IMG/VR virus record: IMGVR_UViG_2711768040_000003
DNA from: a virus
Lineage: Duplodnaviria; Heunggongvirae; Uroviricota; Caudoviricetes
DNA length: 4,142 nucleotides
Reading direction: 5' to 3' (one strand)
Shown here: piece by piece, positions 1 to 4,142 of the stretch
How the letters are laid out: each line of letters starts with the position of its first letter
Numbering within the stretch: position 1 is the stretch's first letter
Translations under genes and position numbers: made by a program
The notes under the pieces: model-generated
Told to the model about the DNA's origin: nothing
Database searches by the model: none
What the model saw: only the letters and a program-made list of their open reading frames with translations

Positions 1-292
1 CTGAGCTATGACTGCGCATTCGGGCCACCAGCAGAGGTGGCATTGCTTTTTCGATAGCTGGTAACAACGCCTGAATTTTTTTAACCGCATCAGGGGTGTC
101 TTTCTCCACCCAGCGGAAAATTTTCTGAGTATTGCGAGCCAGGGCTTCCGGATGGCTGTCGTCATACAGTTCCGGGAACGTCATTCCCAGCTCGAAATAC
201 GCTTTGGTAATTTTCGCAGCCGGTACTTTTTCGCCGTCCGGATGCGCCCAGGCATTCATCGCCATGCGGATGTGTTCATGCTTGATTTTCAT
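1..292 (-). CDS. ydaT: YdaT-like prophage protein (CII-position gene), N-terminal ~97 codons only; the C-terminus runs off the left edge
   Basis: Reverse-complement of 241-292 reads ATG AAA ATC AAG CAT GAA CAC = MKIKHEH..., which I recall as the YdaT N-terminus. No stop before position 1, so it is absent from the ORF track. It lies directly downstream of the YdaS-like gene on the same strand, as in Rac. Family assignment is from recall, not a search. Confidence 0.6.
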   Translation of the reverse strand, partial: MKIKHEHIRMAMNAWAHPDGEKVPAAKITKAYFELGMTFPELYDDSHPEALARNTQKIFRWVEKDTPDAVKKIQALLPAIEKAMPPLLVARMRSHSS

Positions 293-557
293 GAATCAAG
301 CTCCTAGAAAGTGGTTTTGTTAACGTTTTGGTATCTTCCAGCTCGGGCCAAATATTCATCCAATCAAAAGGCCTTAGTTGCTGACGTGTAACTTCACCAT
401 TACTGGCTCGCTCAATAAGGACACATAACGATGCCCCTAACACTTGACCTTTACTCAACGCCTTTCTTAGATAACCGATGCTGGTACCACACTCGCATGC
501 AAACATACGCTGTTCATCTGACGAAAGAGAATTGAGAAATATTCTTAATTCTTCCAT
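276..557 (-). CDS. ydaS: YdaS-like Cro/CI-type HTH regulator (Cro position of the switch)
   Basis: 93-aa ORF in the track. Motif ...GTSIGYLRKAL...IERASNGEVTRQQLRPFDWMNIWPEL matches my recollection of the YdaS/Cro-like family pattern. Strong SD: reverse-complement of 558-570 is CTAAGGAGTAGCT immediately before the ATG (minus strand, 557-555). Divergent from the repressor gene. Confidence 0.7.
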   Translation of the reverse strand: MEELRIFLNSLSSDEQRMFACECGTSIGYLRKALSKGQVLGASLCVLIERASNGEVTRQQLRPFDWMNIWPELEDTKTLTKPLSRSLIHENQA

Positions 558-582
558 AGCTACTCCTTAGTAAACACAGCAA

Positions 583-664
583 AGAATACCTACAGGTAAA
601 CAAAAGTCAATACCCACAGGTTGTTTACCTTGCAGTAATCGCATCTATTATTTACCTATGGACA
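583..664. promoter_or_regulatory. OR-like divergent operator/promoter region: three 12-bp sites TACCTACAGGTA (587-598), TACCCACAGGTT (611-622), TACCTATGGACA (653-664)
   Basis: Seen directly: repeated imperfect palindromes with consensus TACCyAyrGGTA, centres 24 bp apart for the first two. Candidate leftward promoter on the minus strand, TTGACT (complement of 605-610), 16-bp spacer, TATTCT (complement of 583-588), overlapping the sites. Candidate rightward -10 TATTAT (646-651) lies 6 nt before the repressor ATG. Confidence 0.55.
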
Positions 665-1077
665 AATATGAATTTAGACGACAGCAACTCATCAAAATTC
701 GTGATGAGAAATGCGATGGTAAAGCGGTTAACGTGGCCAGAAAGATCGGGCGCGAGCCTTCTTATGTATCAAGAATGTTGTACCCAGAGGGGAAAAAGGG
801 AAAAAAACGGATCGCTGATGATATGGTGGAGATTATCGAAGAGTCCTTTGGGTTACCCCGGGGATGGATGGATGGTATCGTTTCATCATCAACGAACACA
901 GCCTCCAGTTATGAAACAAGGGTTCTAACGCCACGACAACGTATTTTTTTAGATCTCTTAGACGAACTGCCAGAAAGTGAAGCGGATAACTTATTAAAAA
1001 CTCTTGAAGAGAAAAAACAGTATTACAATATGATCTACGAAGAAATCCGTAAAAAGAAAGCACAAAACGCATCATAG
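658..1077 (+). CDS. Prophage immunity repressor, XRE-family HTH, DicA/RacR-like
   Basis: 139-aa ORF. N-terminal HTH-like segment AVNVARKIGREPSYVSRML. C-terminal LTPRQRIFLDLLDELPESEADNLLKTLEEK resembles my recollection of the DicA C-terminus (...LELLELFNALPESEQDTQL...). Divergent from the Cro-like gene and flanked on both sides by the same operator motif. No SD upstream of the ATG. Confidence 0.75.
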   Translation: MDKYEFRRQQLIKIRDEKCDGKAVNVARKIGREPSYVSRMLYPEGKKGKKRIADDMVEIIEESFGLPRGWMDGIVSSSTNTASSYETRVLTPRQRIFLDLLDELPESEADNLLKTLEEKKQYYNMIYEEIRKKKAQNAS

Positions 1078-1119
1078 CTCACCAAACAACTAGTCACCAG
1101 TTAAGATACCGCAAAAAGT

Positions 1120-1160
1120 TACCCATGGGTATTTACTTTTTAAATACCTATGGGTATCCT
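1120..1160. promoter_or_regulatory. OL-like operator pair TACCCATGGGTA (1120-1131, perfect palindrome) and TACCTATGGGTA (1145-1156), with a candidate early-left promoter
   Basis: Same TACCyAyrGGTA consensus as the sites at 587-664, centres 25 bp apart. Candidate -35 TTTACT (1132-1137), 17-bp spacer, -10 TATCCT (1155-1160) on the plus strand, oriented toward ydfA. Confidence 0.5.
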
Positions 1161-1342
1161 TCTTTTCATACCAACCCACCCCGCCCCACAGAATGCAGGG
1201 CAATACTTCGAGTTACCAGGCAGTGGTCAGGGGTTAAGTAGCCAGCCCTAGGCGTAAGAACATGACGGCAGGGTTCAACTTTAATAACTATGCAGCAGGT
1301 TTTTGTTCCGCTACCCCGGCGTTAAGGGGAAATGAGGTCAAC

Positions 1343-1498
1343 ATGGATACTATCGATCTTGGCAACAACGAATCTCTGGTGTACGGCGTGTTTCCCAACC
1401 AGGACGGCACATTCACCGCGATGACGTATACCAAAAGCAAAATGTTTAAAACCGAAAATGGTGCCCGTCGCTGGCTGGAAAGAAACTCAGGTGAGTGA
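1343..1498 (+). CDS. ydfA: YdfA/YdaF-like small prophage protein (DUF1391 family), 51 aa
   Basis: MDTIDLGNNESLVYGVFPNQDGTFTAMTYTKSK...ARRWLERNSGE is near-identical to my recollection of Qin YdfA. GAGG at 1334-1337 sits 5 nt upstream of the ATG. The longer track ORF from 1262 is an in-frame upstream extension with no good RBS. Confidence 0.8.
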   Translation: MDTIDLGNNESLVYGVFPNQDGTFTAMTYTKSKMFKTENGARRWLERNSGE

Positions 1499-1499
1499 T

Positions 1500-1628
1500 A
1501 TGGATTTCGACACAATCATGAAAAAGGCTTACGAAGAATACTTCGAAGGCCTTGCCGAAGGCGAAGAAGCTCTCAGCTTCAGTGAGTTTAAACAGGCGCT
1601 TTCCAGCTCGGCAAAATCTAACGGCTGA
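1500..1628 (+). CDS. ydfB: YdfB-like small protein, 42 aa (below the ORF-track length cutoff)
   Basis: My translation: MDFDTIMKKAYEEYFEGLAEGEEALSFSEFKQALSSSAKSNG. The ATG at 1500 follows the ydfA stop (TGA 1496-1498) with a 1-nt gap, the tight ydfA-ydfB arrangement I recall from Qin. Confidence 0.65.
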   Translation: MDFDTIMKKAYEEYFEGLAEGEEALSFSEFKQALSSSAKSNG

Positions 1629-1657
1629 TAAGCGAAGCAGCACCGCGAGGAATCAGT

Positions 1658-1876
1658 ATGCAGAAACGAGAACCCGTCATCATCGCGCCAGACTATACCG
1701 ATGATGAACTTTATGAGTGGATGCGCCAGAAAATTAATGCAGCGCAGGATCTGAAATGGGCCAATGAAGCCAGGGCTAAGCAGGCTGAAAATCTGTCCGC
1801 TCTGGAGCAGGATATCACCAGGCTGGAAAAAGCAGCGGCATTAAGCATTGCCAGAATGATTACATACCCGCGTTAA
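1658..1876 (+). CDS. ydfC: YdfC-like prophage protein, 72 aa
   Basis: 72-aa ORF in the track, MQKREPVIIAPDYTDDELYEWMRQKINAAQDLKWANEARAK...; length and position match Qin ydfC. GAGGAA at 1646-1651 sits about 7 nt upstream of the ATG. Confidence 0.75.
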   Translation: MQKREPVIIAPDYTDDELYEWMRQKINAAQDLKWANEARAKQAENLSALEQDITRLEKAAALSIARMITYPR

Positions 1877-1898
1877 TAGCTAACCAACGAGGCTAATA

Positions 1899-2219
1899 AT
1901 GGAATTTAAAGATTTACCAATGCAATTCCAGGAAATGGCAGCGAATATAGTTCGTTCCCAACTGGCGACTCTTGACCTGAGTACCGTAGAAAAAGAAACC
2001 ATCGATACTATATCCGGTAACGTGCGTCGTGCCTTTATCGGTCTGTACGAAGAGAAGCAGCTCTCTGATAACCAGGATTTACATGAAAAATACCTCCTGG
2101 ATCTAATGGATATCATTGATAAGGGGTTTGGCTTGTTAATGAAAAAGAAAGGGATTCGAATAGAACTCCTTGAAAATTACTTTGCAACAAAAAGCATTAA
2201 TTCTTTTGATTCAAAATAA
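1899..2219 (+). CDS. Hypothetical acidic protein, 106 aa, no recognised family; first gene of the AT-rich inserted segment
   Basis: 106-aa ORF in the track with a good SD (GAGG at 1889-1892, 6 nt before the ATG). Co-directional with the operon, starting 23 nt after the ydfC stop. AT-rich relative to flanking DNA. I recognise no motif. Confidence 0.6.
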   Translation: MEFKDLPMQFQEMAANIVRSQLATLDLSTVEKETIDTISGNVRRAFIGLYEEKQLSDNQDLHEKYLLDLMDIIDKGFGLLMKKKGIRIELLENYFATKSINSFDSK

Positions 2220-2472
2220 GAGAATTAATTACAGACTTAACATGCTCTTTCTCATGATTGAAGCTCTCATGATTGAAAGTGCCGGGTTGAAGCGAGTCGA
2301 TATAATCAACAAGACTCTGTCGTACGACTTCATTTTTATCCATAACAGATGCAAGAAATGAAATTGCTAAAAGAGTTATATCACTACGCGCCGCAGCATG
2401 CTGCAATGCTTTATCAAAATTATTAATCTGGCGTATCAGGGAGTTAATGATTTCATCATTTTCAGTCGACAT
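2197..2472 (-). CDS. Hypothetical 91-aa protein, convergent with and overlapping the 3' end of the 106-aa ORF by 23 bp
   Basis: ATG-initiated portion of the 202-aa minus-strand track ORF: MSTENDEIINSLIRQINNFDKALQHAAARSDITLLAISFLASVMDKNEVVRQSLVDYIDSLQPGTFNHESFNHEKEHVKSVINSLILNQKN. Plausible helical composition and an AAGGG SD-like sequence upstream. The track's extension to 2805 starts at TTG and is arginine-rich across the GC-rich region, so I trimmed it. Confidence 0.4.
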   Translation of the reverse strand: MSTENDEIINSLIRQINNFDKALQHAAARSDITLLAISFLASVMDKNEVVRQSLVDYIDSLQPGTFNHESFNHEKEHVKSVINSLILNQKN

Positions 2473-2806
2473 TTCACCCTTCTGAGGGTTGGTGATTAAG
2501 GAGTTCTCCACGGGTGAGGTGGAGTGCGTGCGCCGGACACGGGTGAGCATCCGGCACTGACAGTTTACTGAAAGGATATTTCCCTGAAAAGTCAGACCAT
2601 AACGCGAAAGCGCACGGCGAGGTAGCTGGTTCATAGATAGCCTGTCGTTAAATTTTCGTCGACCGTGCACTTCCGGTTGTGGCAACCCGCGAAATGGCGC
2701 GGCGGTAAGTATGGCGGGGTTATTCCTTCCCCGTTGAGGACACCGGGTTGTCAGGTTGACCATACGCTTAAGTGACAACCCCGCTGCAACGCCATCTGTT
2801 ATCAAT

Positions 2807-2864
2807 TTTCTGGTGACTTTTGGCGGTATCAGTTTTACTCCGTGACTGCTCTGCCGCCCTTTTT
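2807..2864 (+). ncRNA. dicF: DicF small regulatory RNA (cell-division inhibitor sRNA), including its 3' stem-loop and U-tract
   Basis: tttctggtgacttttggcggtatcagttttactccgtgactgctctgccgccc followed by ttttt matches my recollection of E. coli DicF (UUUCUGGUGACGUUUGGCGGUAUCAGUUUUACUCCGUGACUGCUCUGCCGCCC) with about one mismatch. It sits between ydfC and dicB as in Qin. Confidence 0.85.
2822..2864 (+). terminator. Intrinsic-terminator-like 3' end of DicF (GC-rich stem GGCGG...CCGCC followed by TTTTT)
   Basis: GGCGG (2822-2826) and CCGCC (2854-2858) flank an internally structured loop, followed by the T-run 2860-2864. DicF 3' ends are known to arise partly by termination. Confidence 0.5.
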
Positions 2865-2868
2865 AAAG

Positions 2869-3030
2869 TGAATTTTGTGATGCGGTGAATGCGGCTGAGC
2901 GCACGCGGAACAGTTAAAAAGGCCAGTTGACTTCCGTATTGGTTCTTATGGGTGGGTTCTCTGTATCCGGCGTTAATTGTTAACTGGTTAACGTCACCTG
3001 GAGGCACCAGGCACCGCATCACAAAATTCA
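2869..3030 (+). repeat. Perfect 19-bp inverted repeat (TGAATTTTGTGATGCGGTG at 2869-2887; CACCGCATCACAAAATTCA at 3012-3030) enclosing 124 bp between DicF and dicB
   Basis: Exact reverse-complement arms read from the sequence. In RNA this gives a 19-bp duplex starting 5 nt after the DicF U-tract and ending 17 nt before the dicB ATG. Confidence 0.7.
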
Positions 3031-3047
3031 TTGTTGAGGACGCGATA

Positions 3048-3236
3048 ATGGAAACGTTATTACCAAACGTTAATACGTCTGAAGGTTGCTTTGAAATTGG
3101 TGTCAAAATCAGTAACCCTGTATTTACTGAAGATGCCATTAACAAAAGAAAACACGAACGGGAGTTATTAAATAAAGTATGCATTGTTTCAATGCTGGCC
3201 CGTTTACGTCTGATGCAAAAAGGATACTGGCAATGA
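3048..3236 (+). CDS. dicB: DicB cell-division inhibitor, 62 aa
   Basis: METLLPNVNTSEGCFEIGVKISNPVFTEDAINKRKHERELLNKVCIVSMLARLRLMQKGYWQ is near-identical to my recollection of K-12 DicB. In frame with track ORF 2952..3236. Confidence 0.9.
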   Translation: METLLPNVNTSEGCFEIGVKISNPVFTEDAINKRKHERELLNKVCIVSMLARLRLMQKGYWQ

Positions 3237-3436
3237 ATACATCATTTGCACTCGTTCTGACGGTTTTTCTTAATACGGGCGAGCCGCTTGACCTTATTGT
3301 TGACATACGTGATTCAATGGAAGAATGCATGGCTGCCGCAGCGGAACAGAAAATTCCCGGCAACTGTTATCCGGTTGATAAAGTTATTCACATGGACAAT
3401 AACGAAATCCCGGCGGGACTTAAAACAGCACCGTAA
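3233..3436 (+). CDS. ydfD: YdfD-like prophage lysis protein, 67 aa, with an N-terminal hydrophobic segment
   Basis: MNTSFALVLTVFLNTGEPLDLIVDIRDSMEECMAAAAEQKIPGNCYPVDKVIH...; start overlaps the dicB stop (ATGA, 3233-3236) as in Qin dicB-ydfD. In frame with track ORF 3179..3436. Confidence 0.8.
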   Translation: MNTSFALVLTVFLNTGEPLDLIVDIRDSMEECMAAAAEQKIPGNCYPVDKVIHMDNNEIPAGLKTAP

Positions 3437-3516
3437 TTAATATCCGGTTTCATTTTTATATGCCAGCAATGGCAGGGATTTGTTCACCCTTAAATCTGTA
3501 ATGAGGTTAAAACAAA

Positions 3517-4142
3517 ATGAGTAAAGTCTTTATTTGCGCCGCCATTCCGGACGAACAGGCAATAAAGGAAGAAGGTGCAGTTGCTGTAGCCACTGCCATC
3601 GAAGCCGGTGACGAACGCCGCGCCCGTGCCAAATTTACCTGGCAATTCCTGGAGCAATATCCGGCTGCTCAGGACTGCGCTTATAAATTTCTTGTCTGCG
3701 AGGATAAACCCGGTATACCCCGCCCTGCCCTCGATTCCTGGGATGCTGAATATATGCAGGAAAACCGCTGGGATGAGGCGTCTGCTTCCTTTGTCCCGGT
3801 CGAGACTGAATCCGATCCGATGAACGTCACTTTTGACAACCTAGCCCCTGAAGTACAGAACGCTGTCATGGTTAAGTTCGACACATGTGAAAACATCACC
3901 GTTGATATGGTTATTAGCGCACAGGAATTGTTGCAGGAAGACATGGCAACATTCGACGGACATATCGTTGAAGCGTTGATGAAAATGCCAGAAGTTAACG
4001 CCATGTATCCGGAGCTTAAGTTGCACGCCATTGGGTGGGTTAAGCATAAATGTATTCCTGGTGCTAAATGGCCCGAAATTCAGGCAGAGATGCGCATCTG
4101 GAAAAAACGTCGCGAAGGTGAACGCAAGGAAACCGGAAAATA
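3517..4142 (+). CDS. Prophage early-left-operon protein, partial (no stop within window); possibly YdfE-like
   Basis: Open frame from ATG 3517 (MSKVFICAAIPDEQAIKEEGAVAVATAIEAGDERRARAKF...) to the window end, about 208 codons. GAGG at 3503-3506 upstream. Missing from the track because it has no stop. Position after ydfD matches Qin ydfE, but I cannot confirm the family from memory. Confidence 0.65.
   Translation, partial: MSKVFICAAIPDEQAIKEEGAVAVATAIEAGDERRARAKFTWQFLEQYPAAQDCAYKFLVCEDKPGIPRPALDSWDAEYMQENRWDEASASFVPVETESDPMNVTFDNLAPEVQNAVMVKFDTCENITVDMVISAQELLQEDMATFDGHIVEALMKMPEVNAMYPELKLHAIGWVKHKCIPGAKWPEIQAEMRIWKKRREGERKETGK

Noticed and set aside
132-323. 63-aa ORF on the + strand
   Set aside because: Entirely antisense to the YdaT-like/YdaS-like coding region, no RBS, odd composition; a shadow ORF.
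668-1075. Track ORFs 668..928 (+) and 833..1075 (-)
   Set aside because: Both lie within the repressor gene in other frames or on the opposite strand; the 658..1077 frame carries the HTH and the DicA-like C-terminus.
1262-1342. N-terminal extension of ydfA from ATG 1262 (78-aa version)
   Set aside because: No convincing RBS at 1262, whereas the internal ATG at 1343 has GAGG 5 nt upstream and gives the 51-aa product I recall for YdfA.
1288-1643. Minus-strand ORFs 1288..1515 and 1446..1643
   Set aside because: Antisense to ydfA and ydfB; no independent support.
1880-2361. Track ORFs 1880..2116 (-) and 2170..2361 (+)
   Set aside because: Antisense or alternative-frame overlaps of the 106-aa and 91-aa ORFs in AT-rich DNA; no RBS, low-complexity translations.
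2473-2805. N-terminal 111 codons of the 202-aa minus-strand ORF
   Set aside because: Starts with TTG, not ATG; the translation is arginine-rich and crosses a GC-rich hairpin-dense region abutting DicF. I trimmed the call to the ATG at 2472.
2473-2806. Retron msr-msd or type III toxin-antitoxin RNA repeats in the GC-rich region
   Set aside because: No reverse transcriptase gene and no long flanking inverted repeats typical of retrons; only two copies of a 10-bp direct repeat, not a ToxI-like tandem array.
2927-2955. Possible internal promoter (TTGACT at 2927-2932) ahead of dicB
   Set aside because: No acceptable -10 hexamer at the right spacing.
2768-3184. 138-aa minus-strand ORF
   Set aside because: Antisense to DicF, the inverted-repeat spacer and dicB, all of which are recognisable on the plus strand.
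3139-3363. 74-aa minus-strand ORF
   Set aside because: Antisense to dicB/ydfD.
3461-3474. Possible terminator hairpin TGCCA-gcaa-TGGCA after ydfD
   Set aside because: Only a 5-bp stem and no following T-run; too weak to call.
3608-4047. Track ORFs 3608..3823 (+), 3681..4031 (-), 3841..4047 (-)
   Set aside because: All overlap the long open frame from 3517 in other frames or strands; that frame has the RBS and a plausible protein sequence.
1-4142. CRISPR array, tRNA/rRNA, IS element, integrase or attachment site
   Set aside because: No regularly spaced repeat array, no tRNA-like cloverleaf region, no transposase- or integrase-like ORF and no recognisable att core in this window.

Overview
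This window reads as the immunity and early-left region of a lambdoid (Qin/Rac-type) cryptic prophage from an E. coli-like enterobacterium. All gene names come from my recall of the protein and RNA sequences, not from any search. Left to right: a leftward YdaS-like Cro-type regulator and a YdaT-like gene (truncated by the window edge); a divergent intergenic switch with repeated 12-bp palindromic operators; a rightward XRE-type repressor whose C-terminus resembles DicA; a second operator cluster; then a rightward operon ydfA-ydfB-ydfC, a DicF sRNA, dicB, ydfD and the start of a further prophage gene. The most unusual part is an AT-rich segment of about 600 bp (about 1880-2480) between ydfC and the GC-rich DicF precursor region. 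It carries two convergent, 3'-overlapping small ORFs (106 aa on +, 91 aa on -) that I cannot assign to any family and that, by my recollection, have no counterpart in the canonical K-12 Qin operon. I read it as a candidate moron cassette; its function is unknown. No CRISPR array, tRNA, rRNA, transposase or integrase is visible.
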